A stretch of DNA of 64,000 bases. Source: Spironucleus salmonicida. Its lineage: Eukaryota. Within the stretch, counting starts at the first letter, position 1. Each line of letters begins with the position of its first letter. The DNA lies in NCBI RefSeq assembly GCF_000497125.1, contig NC_090600.1, positions 186,001-250,000 of the forward strand. Direction: 5' to 3'. The notes under the pieces were generated by a model. That model made no database searches. It saw nothing but the letters and a program-made list of their open reading frames with translations, and was not told the DNA's origin. This document shows positions 23,346-35,081 of the stretch, piece after piece. Made by a program: the position numbers and the translations under genes.

Positions 23346-24665
23346 ATGGTAATAAATGAGTTTATACATGACAATGCTAAGAAAAAATCATTAAGATGTT
23401 TTGTTGCTATATTCTTTATGTTGTTGGATGTATTAGTCTGCATGGGACTCGGCGTGGCCATGATCTTCTTCTACCACCTCGTGCTCGGCCTCAACAAGAA
23501 GAACCTGCTCCTCTACGGCCCCTCCATCGCAACCGAGGTCGCCGTGCACCAGGTCTTCTTCTTCCCGTGCATGAGCGGCTATCCTAAGATTAAGGAGTGG
23601 TGCTCCAGGCAGAACCGCTATGTGGTCTTCGCGGCCTACTTCAGCGCGCTCCTGGCCGCCTCCTTCGTGTCAATCTTCGTCCAGTGCGCCATCTTCGACT
23701 TCGTATGGTACACCCGCAAGGACTCCAGCGGCACCGTGATCTTCACCAAGCCTGCCTACGGCTCGCTCATCGGCATGCACCAGCTGCTCACCTTCGTCAT
23801 CATCACCTCCCACACCATCCTCGGCAACTACCACCTCTTCAAGGATGTCGACCCCTTCGCCGCTGGCGTTTGCGCCGAGATCATCACCTGGACCGTCTGG
23901 GGCATCTGGATCGGCCGCGCCCTGTCGCCCCTTTCCAACCTCAACCAGATAGGCGGCTACATCCAGTGGATCCCCCTCGTCAACCTCATGAACCACGGCA
24001 TCTTCAAGCGCGCCAACCTGAGCGGCTTCAAGAACGACCTGTCCAAGTTCGGGCTGCTCTTCGCCGGCGTCCAGGTCCCCATCATGATCTGCTACCTCTT
24101 GTCCGCCCTCTTCGACTACTACGTCATCATCAGGCCCTTCTCCAACGGTGGCGAGCGCGACCCCCACCTTGTCGGTCACCACATCTGGTCGCTCGCCGCC
24201 CTCGCCTGGCTGCCATTCCAGATCACCGGAACGCGCCTTGCCCCCATCTTCTACGACGGGTTTTGCAAGACCACGGACGGCAAGAACCGCTGGGTACGCA
24301 TGTTCGTGTGGGTTGTGCTCTTCCTGCTCCTCTGCGTCCCCTTCACTGCGGCCTTCTATACCTACTTCCAAATGTTCATCTATAACTACCTCATCATCGG
24401 CGTACTCAAGTGCACGGACCACAAAGGGAACCCCCTCTCGCCTGACGTTATTGGCTGGCCACTCAGGCCCGCCTACTTCTTCGGCTTCGGCGTGGGTATC
24501 GTGTATGCCGTGTGGCATGATTGTACAAATTTAGCTAATATTCAATATATATAGAGTCGAATAGATACTCCAATAGATAGCAATCGTATATCTAATTGCT
24601 CAAAACATATATTTGAGGCGTCTAACAGTGTATCAATCTCTTTTAATGAATAGATAACCTTTTGA
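23346..24665 (+). CDS. Multi-pass membrane protein of unknown family, copy B (439 aa)
   Basis: Track ORF 23346-24554 extended through TAG(Gln) to TGA at 24663-24665; core identical to copy A. Confidence 0.92.
23417..24511 (+). repeat. Right arm of the 1095-bp GC-rich inverted repeat
   Basis: Runs TATGTTGTTGGATG...GTGTATGCCGT and matches the reverse complement of 16008-17102. Confidence 0.95.
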
Positions 24666-24831
24666 TATAGTTATTTTAAACCACTAGCAGTTTTTATTTA
24701 ATTTATTGATTTAGTTTTATTGTTTGATCAATCTTTAAAAATAGAAACATCGTGTTAATAATTAAATATATTTTTACTTATAAACTAATTTTTATAAATA
24801 TTATAATTGTTTAAATATAAACTATCTAATC

Positions 24832-25362
24832 ATGTAAATGGATGAAGAAATACAGAGATTACTATTTTAACTTAACTTTAGAATTTCAGGTTACATGGAA
24901 GCTTTTGTCCTATCATAAGATCTAGATGTTACATTTTAAGAATACAAAAGATCACTAACTGATATACATCTTCTCAATATAGCAGTTCCTGAAAACTTAG
25001 CTTTTTCTTCCACTGCCTTACGCTCCAGTTCAAATTCAGCAGGATCAGTAAAGCCATAGACTGTTATAGTATCTAAAAAGTTTTGGTCGACAGAAGAGAA
25101 CTATGTTCTTTAGATATCGAAATAGTAGAATAGTCAAAGAACATGGCAAGAAATATCAGAATTTGTAAAAACTAAAAATGCTAAATAATGTTGTCAACAG
25201 TGGCACAGAGTAATATTAGCTAAGAAAAAAGGACGCTGGACCGAATTAGAAGATGAAGAGCTACTTAGCTAAAGTAGTTATGGAACTATAGCCATAGAAG
25301 GAAGGTCACAACTGTAAATCGCAAATAGGTTAAAATTGTTACAATCAAAGAATAAAAATTGA
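24832..25362 (+). CDS. Myb-like DNA-binding protein
   Basis: KFWSTEEN...TWQEISEFVKTKNAKQCCQQW...KKGRWTELEDEELL; alternative start at 24838. Confidence 0.88.
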
Positions 25363-25365
25363 TTT

Positions 25366-25890
25366 TCACTTAATCCCATATGATCTAGTAGTTCTAAGTG
25401 AAGCTTCGATATCGGGAATTTGTTAGAGGGCTTTTTCAACTGCATTTTTAGACTTTATAGAGTAATTAATATTTTTGGAATGCTTAACTGTATTTTTTGC
25501 GCGAGCAAGCTGCTATCTTTAAATATGTTCTACTGTAGCTGTTTAAATTTTTGGATCTCTATAGCGCTATTCTTTTATAGGATCTTCAACGCAAACCTTA
25601 TCATAATTAATATTTCTCAGTGGATGGTTAGTCATTTAGATTTATGAACTATGTATTGATGTTTTGAGTGCATTGAATGTTAAATCATCACCGAATGATG
25701 TATCTGGGTCTGATTATTCATCTTTAACTGTATTAGTCAATAAATTTAATGTATTTTACAGTAACTCAATACCACGAGTGGTTGTCCCATTTGGTTGGAT
25801 TTAATTCACAATTAAATCAGTAGTAGTATCATCTAGTAACATTGCATTATCGCTTGATAATGCCTTAAGTATTTTTAGAATATTAGACAT
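25366..25890 (-). CDS. Hypothetical protein (174 aa)
   Basis: ATG 25890 in frame with AAG TGA at 25366. Confidence 0.65.
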
Positions 25891-25927
25891 TGATAAAATA
25901 AAATCATGTAAATATAATATATAATTT

Positions 25928-26575
25928 TCACTTTTTACTTATTTTTTCTAATTCTTAAGTAACTGTGAAAGCAGTATCACGTCTTCTGACTAAAACATCG
26001 TCAACATTCTTTGTTCTTATTCCAGGTGGAATTATCATAACTTCTATATTTGATTATCTTTAAAATTATCTCATTTTTCTCTCAAATTGAGTTCTTAAGC
26101 TTAACAGTGCATTATCACGATAATCAGTTACAATTTTGATTAGTTACTTTAACTATTCATTATCAATTTCTTCTATTATTATAGGTTAAAATTCTTTCTA
26201 CTCCACCTAAGAAAATCCAGGGAGTTTAATATGAGATGCAGTATCATCAAAGATTATCACTTTAGGACTATCCTCACAACCAGAAAGAATCATGTGATTT
26301 GGAGAAATATCATTTGAACTCGGAATTATAACTGGAGTTTATGAATCAGAAAACTATGATTTTTCAAAATTAATTGATTTTTTGAGATCATCTACAAGGT
26401 TATTTTAATGATCAATCTATTTAGATTCAATTAACTAAGTATCGATCCAAGTTTCAAGAAGATGATACATATCATCATTTTTACCATTAGCTTTTAAGCC
26501 TAGTTTTAAACAAAATGCCTATAATTCTTTTCTAGTGTATTCTCGGTTTAATAATTACTACTATGTTGGAAGCAT
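25928..26575 (-). CDS. Protein with N-terminal SAP-like domain
   Basis: YTRKELQAFCLKLGLKANGKNDDMYHLL resembles a SAP motif; ends AAG TGA. Confidence 0.65.
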
Positions 26576-26642
26576 GAATTTTATAATGTTAAAGAAATAA
26601 ATTTAATAAATTTAATATAATAATTCAAATAATCTTTATTTT

Positions 26643-26792
26643 TCATTTATTAATTTAAGGATTTAAATTAGGTCTGCATGCAGATTTTTTTCCTAATCTA
26701 TAATCTTTGCTATCTTATATTTCTTAAGTATCGTATCTAAGATCAATAGCTGATTAAATTGGAGTATTATTCAATTTTTCTGTTTGATTCAT
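26643..26792 (-). CDS. Possible small protein (49 aa)
   Basis: Open frame MNQTEKLNNTP...NPQINK only. Confidence 0.25.
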
Positions 26793-26848
26793 TAGTTTTT
26801 TATTAAATGTATATAAATGTAAATATCTAATAAATATAAAATTATAAA

Positions 26849-27580
26849 ATGTACACAATAGAAAATGATAAAATTTCTTATATTTTATGTGAATCAACAT
26901 AGGTACTTAGTATAATTAAGCCAATTAAATTACAAATAGCTTTAATTTACTCTTAAATTGATCCCACAAACATAAAGTATTAAGATATTCTAAATATGGA
27001 ACAAGCACAACTTTTGAAAATTAAAAAAGAAGAATTAACCCATACAATGAAAGATTTTCTTAATCAACTTTATGATGATTTAGAATAAATTTAGATTTAT
27101 TAGAAACGTATAAATTCTGTTTTTACTTCTGAATTTTCTTCCAATATAGAAAACTTTAGAATAGAGATTGCTAAATCAAAGCAACCAAAACTGAATCCAT
27201 AAATAATGCAACTAAAGTAAGAAATACTGAGACTCTAGATTATAATTAAATAGATGCATTTAGATCCAAACTATAAAATAGAACATAAGCCATAATCTTA
27301 TAACAGTGATAATACCACATTGTTTAGTCAACCATAATATCTAACTTTTCAGCCACCAAATAATATAATTCCACCGAAAATAAATGTATTACCTTTAAAA
27401 ACATTATCTCCAGAACTAGAACTCTCAAAAATACAACAATTAGAAGCAGAAAATTAGTTATTAAAATCTAAAAATTTAATTCTGCAGGAGGACAAATTAA
27501 ATATTTTGGCAAAGCTATAAAATACGGAAAGATGGGCTAAAAAAGAGGTGAGGGATATTTTCCTAAAATTAAATTAGTGA
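26849..27580 (+). CDS. Hypothetical coiled-coil protein (243 aa)
   Basis: Open code-6 frame, Q/E/K-rich, ends TAG TGA. Confidence 0.7.
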
Positions 27581-27591
27581 CAAATTTGCTC

Positions 27592-28371
27592 TCATTGGGA
27601 TGCTTAAATAGCTTCAATTTGTTTTTTAATTGCTTCCAAAGATTCGTTATCAAGTCCATCAATTAAGTTTAAAACTGCCAACATAATCTTTCTATTAGTT
27701 GGTGTCAAATGAGTTGCCTGTTTATTAACTTATTGAGCATATTATGGCTGCTACATTTGAGGTTGCTATGCATATTAAGGTTGTTGAATTTGAGGTTACT
27801 GTGGATATGACTGTAATGGTTACTGAGGATACTAAGGTTGTTAAGGATATTATGGTTATTAAGGAGCAGATGGAGATTTCGCAACATTTGTTGGATAGCT
27901 TGAAGCAGAAGGCTAGGATACTTAAGATTATTTCCCTGGCTTGTCATGCTTTACTGAAAACGATTTTCTGGATGCTTACATACGTTCATCGTCTGTGACA
28001 TCAGTTTCATCTAGCTTTTTAAGCTTAGGAAGCGCTTTTATGATCCAAAGACGATAATCTGGCATGTTAGCAATAGGGTTTTCTGTCGCAAGTAAAACTG
28101 TTAAAGATGGGAGAGTAGAAAGGAACATTATCTATTGTAAATCTGTGATCTAATTTCTACGTATATAAAGTTCTTTTAAGTTTGTGCAGTTTTAGAGTGG
28201 TGCAAGGTCCGAAACATCATTTACAGAAAAGGCTAATACTTCAACATTAACCATTTAAGACATAATAGAAATATCATCAAGTTTAGAACCCCAAATATTT
28301 AGATTCGTGATAGATGATAGATCTGCTTTTTTAGTTTTTTAATAAATAAGAGCTTAGGTTAAAGCAGGCAT
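27592..28371 (-). CDS. CFAP410: Cilia/flagella LRR protein CFAP410 (C21orf2)
   Basis: NLNIWGSKLDDISI...VEVLAFSVN...LKELYIRRN, Q/P-rich linker, C-terminal IMLAVLNLIDGLDNESL helix. Confidence 0.9.
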
Positions 28372-28616
28372 AATTTTTTGAAAGGAAATAATCTTTATTA
28401 ATTTTATATAATAAAATTTAATTGAATATAAATTTAGAACAATTAAATACCATTATCATATGTTAATTAAAATAAATAGTTAAAGAAACTAAGATGAAAC
28501 TGATATTTACAATAATAGAAAATTCATATATTATATCAAAATCTAGGTTTACACAAATAATAATTCGAATAATATACTATTTAAATTATTAATCTGTTAT
28601 TTTACACTTCTTTCAA

Positions 28617-28916
28617 ATGTCCCTGTCCTAATCTTCTTGGAATGGCGCTATTTTTGGAAACATATAGCAGTCAGATAAATTCACCTTGATGTGTGGGCAT
28701 GGACATCTTCACTAAATTGCTTTATAATAGCTTAGAGGATGTGGACTTAATAAATTAAATGTTTCTGTTACTATAAATGTAACTTCTTCGTCATTTAACA
28801 GATAAAATTTTAAAAAATTTGTTTCGAATCTTATAGCTTAGTTTTAATACTAGTCTGTCTAAACTTACCCAACATATGAACTATCATCATTCTCGACCGA
28901 GTTTGATTCACAATGA
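28617..28916 (+). CDS. Hypothetical protein (99 aa)
   Basis: Open frame MSLSQSSWNGAIFG...EFDSQ. Confidence 0.5.
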
Positions 28917-29038
28917 CATGAACTAATTTAGATTTATATTATATAAGTATTTTATTTAATATATTTTACATAGATGTAATAACAACTAAAAACTTATACG
29001 ATTATTTTATATAATAATCAATAATTGTTCAATTATAA

Positions 29039-31003
29039 ATGTCCGCACCAATTGATAATCCATTTGCTTCCATAAGACTTGAATAAGATTTAAAACAAAC
29101 TACTCGAGATGTAAAATAGATGCAAAGACGATACTTAGATCTTCCTATTGCAGAAAAGACTGCTATGTAACAATAATAGACTACTAAAATCACTGTTTCT
29201 GATCTTAGACGTGAAGATAAGGAGATTTTTGGAACTGATAAGCCAACTTCATTAAGATCTATTACTCCAATAGTTCCTGAAAATTTTCTACCTGAAACTA
29301 TGCGGCCTACTATCAGAACTGGTGTTAAATAGTTTATAGATAAGACTAAATAGCTTTGTAGATTATCTATTAATACAGCAATGAAAGAGTCAGAAATGGA
29401 AGCACTAAATGCTTTTGCAATCGATCGAAATCTGGTATTATAAAAATAAGAATTAGATTTAAATAGACTTGAGATTGCCATCGAAAGAAAGATACGTGAA
29501 ATGGAAGAGGTAAGTTTGGGAAATTAAAGAAGTGGAGAGCAAAGTGGGCTGAAATTAGACTAGGTTAAGCGAAAAATTGATGAATTATAAGTAGTTTTAG
29601 ATCAAATATTATAAGAAATATCACGTTAGTGTGAAACACTTTAAGTAAATCTAAAAGCACGTGATATGATAGAAATAGTAGCAAAATTAGCAGGAACTGA
29701 CATATCATATTTGTTCAAAAATCGTGAGAACTAGTTGGAATTTTTTTAATTGAACCATGTCGATATCGACTATTAACCAAAACCGAAATCATAATTATCA
29801 TCTAAACCATTGTAAGTATTAACACGTGAAAAAACGTAAGAAATAAGATAATTTGACTAGTTTTCAGTTCTTCGGTTACCAGAAGTAATGCAGTTAGCAA
29901 GAAGCTATATTTAATTTGGAGGTGTATTAAGTTTAAGCGAAGTAAAGAATTAAATTTAAAAAGATAATAAATAGACTTAAAAAATATCAATAGATTTTGA
30001 TTTTATAACTTTTGTTTCATAAATTTAAACTGACCTTTCTGTTAACGTTAGACCACTACCTCCTGGCATAATTTAAGATAAAATTATTGAGAAACCACAA
30101 ATTCTTAGAAATTTTGAATCCTAGGACCTTGAGGCATAACCATATAATATATTTGAAAGATTAGGATAAAACAGTCTGTAAATAGCTGATTCTCGTATTT
30201 AAAGAGCAAATAACTTGCTTATTTAATCGTATGATTATCCTCCAGTTATCCCATTTGAATAAACATCAGATTTTAATGATAATCTTTCTCTTTTAGAAGA
30301 ATCTAATTTAGTTAGGACAAACAATCTTTAAGATATAAACTAAATGATAGAAGGATAGTAGAGTAAACTTTCTGAGGCAAATGAGTTGTACGGTTCGTAA
30401 GAAATTATGTTGTAATAAAAAGTAGAAGATGTATCCTAAAAAATTTAAATAAGCTAAAAACTAGTCAATTCTTTTGATCGTGATGCATTAAAAACTACGG
30501 CAGAGGCTTTTATTTATGATTTAACTTAATATTAATCTTTGGATGAACTGACTGTAGATAAAATTTCAGACGAACTTGACATGCTTCACGCATGTATTGC
30601 ACAATCTGGTGTTTTTGCTGAAGTTATTTAAAAAGATGATAAAAACTTAAATTCAAATACTATTTTAGCTAGAATGGAGTTAATTATGAACGAGACAATG
30701 GCTAATATTTATTCTTTTACTGTCAACTAGATCAAAGAAGGTAGATATGTTTTAGATAAAAGAAGACGCGAAGTTGCTAGGAATGCCAAAATGAATGAAT
30801 TAATGAAATTAGGCGAAAAATAAGCAGAAAAATAGAAAATTAGAGAATAGAGACTCAAAAAAGTAAAACCAATCACTAGAACTGTTGTAGAAAAAAGCTT
30901 TTTTAATTAGAAGAAAAAGACTGCGGTTTAATTAGATTTAGAAGAAAGACTGAAACGAGAGCAGGGGAAAGATGTAGGAGAAGATACAGATTATTATTAG
31001 TGA
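29039..31003 (+). CDS. Coiled-coil protein, CFAP100/CCDC37-38-like
   Basis: 654 aa coiled coil; N-terminal NPF...AEKT and C-terminal REQRLKK...DYYQ recall CFAP100. Confidence 0.6.
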
Positions 31004-31161
31004 TTTTAATGATAGGATTTCATGAAATTAAGTATTCAATTGTTTCCTAAATTATATACTATTATTTTTAATAATAAATAATATAACTAATATCCATTGT
31101 TTCACAAAAGATATTGTTCACATAAATTTATATAATAATAATATATTTAACAAAAAATTTA

Positions 31162-32850
31162 ATGGACATAATTTAATAAAAAGTGCCTTTTTAGTATAGT
31201 TCTGTATATTCTTTATTTGCAAACTAGACTAGATTATCGTTAACTAAAAAAGTATTTCAATCTATTTATGGTGTTGAAAACTAGGCATATACATATACGT
31301 ATTTAGACATATTAAGAATGGCATCTTTACTAGCATCTGGTATGCAATAAATGTATTTATTACACCAAACAAAAAGTGTATTGGTTATTTCTAAATCACA
31401 AATTGAAACTTATGTTATAATTTTGGCTTGTTCTGCCCTCTCTGTTGATGTCAGTATTGTATCAGATGAACTATCAGTAAAAGAAATTCAAAAAATTTAG
31501 GAAGATGTGAGAGCCGATTTAATATTTTTGCCTTTTAAGCTTATGGAGCATATTGATGGTTAGAAAATTATTCTAGATGATGACCCTTTTTAAAGATCCT
31601 ACCTTGTTGAGAATAGATAATTTGAAGCTCCTAAACTGCTATTTTTCTAGCATATAGAATAACTAGACTCTACAATTGATAAAAACGCTTATTTCAAATA
31701 TTAAAATGAAATAATTTAAACAAAACCCACAGATTTTCAAATTAATTTCTCTTTTCACTCTCTTATCACTAAATAAGCAATATTAATGCAATTTTTACAT
31801 GATTAAAATCCCTTTTACAACAATAATATATATAATTTTCTTACATTCAATTAAAAGCACCCTTTAGACATAAAAATTACTGCTTTCTAATCAATAATTC
31901 CAGACTCAATATAACAGTCTATTTTAATTTAGTAGTCAGTGAAATTAGCTAGAAAGCGTTTATATCCTGATTTTAATATTCAGGAAGTTGCACATATTCA
32001 TTCCTTACACAAATCCAATCTTATTTTAGCATTCGCTACAATGATTCAAAATGGAATTATCCACCTATCGTCAGTTTAGTTTTGCCACATTGTTTCACCA
32101 ACATATATTGCATTAAATGCAGGTTCATTCAAAGATTTTGTAGCTTGTTTTAATTTCTAAAAACTAAATTTTAAGAAATCCAAACGTATTTTTGAAAAAA
32201 TATTATTTGAAAAATAAGCATAGTTATATAGTAATAAGTAAATCTTTATCAACTAACTTCCTAAGTCTTAAAATTAAAAATATGAAATTTAAGATATTTA
32301 GAATTAAATAGGGGGACGACTACGTATAATTTTAATAGAAGAACCTAATTTGATGATTTCTGACCTTCTTATTAGCGCATTCAACTGTGAAATTCTTGGA
32401 TTCTCAATGGTTGAAAATGCTGGGTTTTTAAGCGTGTAAGCTGTTGAAAGTCTTACACGAGCACAAATAGGTCAAAATTTCACAGAAGCGCCACTTATTT
32501 TACCTCATTAAATGAAGAAGACTCTGCTTATTGGAGAAGAATAAATTGTTTGTGATATGGAATTTGGTAAAATTGAAGGTAAAGAGCTTGAATGGAATGT
32601 ATAACTAGGTTATTTACGTGTTATAGATGGATCTTTTAACCAAAAGTATAAACTATGTAGTGGAAAGTTCAATGTTAATGAGTTCGAGACCGGAAAAATT
32701 GTAATATTTTTGGGATTTTTTGACTTTGCTTTCCCTAAATATTTAAAAGAATCTGCTAAACGTTAACTCGCATGGGCAGAGCATTATGGGAAAGACTTGG
32801 ATTAGCAAGAATTCAATAAACTTATTATGGAAATTGGGCTTTTTGAGTGA
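31162..32850 (+). CDS. Degenerate AMP-binding (long-chain acyl-CoA synthetase-like) protein
   Basis: YTYLDILRMASLLASGM, VSPTYI, IGGRLRIIL, ILGFSMVENAG; no YTSGTTG P-loop found. Confidence 0.6.
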
Positions 32851-33124
32851 TACACGATGAATATTAATTATAATTAATTTTTAGTATATAATTTTCAGCC
32901 AAATACTATAAAAATATAAGAAAAATGATTACATTAATAATATTATAAATATATACTTTTTCTCTAAACCTATGAGTTTAAAATGTTTTATATTAACTTA
33001 AATTTTTACTAAAATAATTCAACTAGGTAGATGGTAACATAGTTATGTAATAATTTTAATATAATGCTAAACAAAAAAGCACTAGTAAATCATATATTTT
33101 CTAATTCTAGTGAAAGTTAAGAAT

Positions 33125-34471
33125 TCATATGTTAAAAGTATCTGGTTTATTTTTTAATACAGATTTGTATTTTAATACAATTAAAATTACTATGCATATC
33201 GCTATAAGTATAGCTAAGGCAAGACAAATAGATACAGTTTTGACATAAACTTACCAAGTTTTATTATCATTTTATATAATTTCTGTTTACTATTCTTAGT
33301 TAATATCTAATCCATTCTTACCTCTAGTAAGATTAAACGGAGTAGCGAATACTTAGTTAAAGATACCTGCATTTTTATCATAATGTTTAGGAATAATTGA
33401 GAATGCCTTATACTCTACACATAATGTATTCTATCCTCGTGCAATATACATAAATCCATTATTTCCCCAATCTTCTCCCCAAGAATTTTTAGCAATCCAT
33501 ACATCCTGATTCTTAAACTTCCCATAACCTACTAATACTATTGCATGATTTGATGTCCCTTTACAAGTGAAATTATCGATAACATAATCTCCAGAATAGT
33601 CACGGAATTATGTACTTGCTTATGAGCCGTTTTCTATATATATACTAGATCCTACAGCTAGTCCTCTAGCCAGATACTACTATACTTTTTGAATATCATA
33701 AGTACCATTCTTCATTAATAGGTTTATAACAGGAGTTTTCTGACTACTTTTGAAATCATATTTTCTGGGCATATTAAATACTTTGTATGGTATTAAATAT
33801 TAGTCTGGGCTTACTTTGGGCTCAAAAATTTTTAAATCAATGAATGATTAATTATTCTTTTCGTATTCATATGGAAAATTTTACGTAGTTTCAACAGTCT
33901 TCCAAATTTTTGGATTATCTAGCATATAGTTTAATGTTAAAATAGAATTTCCACCTTAACAATAATTCGAAGCTGAAAATACATTCGACATTAAGTACTA
34001 CTCAGATAAATCTAAATTTATGGCCGTATTATTAAATTCAGACTAAGTTATTTTCTCATGATCATGTAGAATAGAATTTTCTAATAGTGCAATAGTGGCA
34101 AAAGCCCAACAAGATCCGCAATATAATTACCTTTTTGCTTTAGTCACAAGACCCATCTCACGCAAATCAACAGATTCTGGTATAGATTGAAGTTTTGGAA
34201 GAGGATCCACACTCAATAATCTATGATAATTATTATTTGATGACAAAAATTTTGAATCAGTATGTCCCAAAAATAATTCTGGATACTTATCAAAATTTAC
34301 ATTTATAGTACAGTTGATACACTAAGATTTTGATTTAAGAAACTTAGCAAAATTTGTGCAGAAGATTTGTTCATTGCTTTTGTTGAAAGATTTATTATAA
34401 TATATAAGGAATTCAGTATAAGCATCGATGCAATCAATTGAGACTGGGATGAAAGCAAACAGGACTAACAT
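33125..34471 (-). CDS. Papain-family (cathepsin L-like) cysteine protease with signal peptide and C-terminal TM segment
   Basis: PESVDLR, QLYCGSCWAF, DLSEQY, SNHAIVLVGYG, KNSWGEDWG; tail ICLALAILIAICIVILIVLKYK. Confidence 0.95.
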
Positions 34472-35081
34472 TTCTAAATTCGATAAAAGTAACCAGACAA
34501 TGCTAACATATTATTTTAAAAGAATTAATGGACGATATAGAATCAATAAAATATAATTTAAAAGTTACATAACAAAATTTATAAATAAAATTGATTATAG
34601 AATAAGTTAAAATAACATTAATGTTATTAATATTAATTAACTGATAAAGTTATAATAATTTAATTTAAGAATAGAGAAATTCAAGATAAGTATATAGAAT
34701 ATATAAATATTATATATATGAATATTATAATAATAAAATCTTGTATTTCATGAGTCTTAGTAAAGTAAGAACTTAATATATTTTAAATCGAATAATTTTA
34801 GTTTATGAGTTAAGTAATGATAAGATTCTCATATTTTATACTTACAAAGATGTATATATGGTAGGTTATACCTTAAAAATAAATATTCTGATAATAAAGA
34901 TCGTGATACTATCCGGAATCCATCCGAGATATTGTTTAAGTTTTAAAACTAATATATTTCAATTATATAATATATTAAGAAATATAAATAAAGGAGAAAT
35001 ACATAACCATTATATATAATATACTATAGTAAAAATATATAAATAAATTATAATTAAACTTTGTGAAAATTGTTTAACCTC

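Noticed and set aside
16008-24511. Composite transposon or insertion element with terminal inverted repeats
   Set aside because: The repeats are internal parts of intact ORFs; no transposase or target-site duplication was seen
34909-34930. Small hairpin TATCCGGA...TCCGAGATA in an AT-rich intergenic stretch
   Set aside because: Too short to assign; no snRNA, tRNA or snoRNA motifs around it
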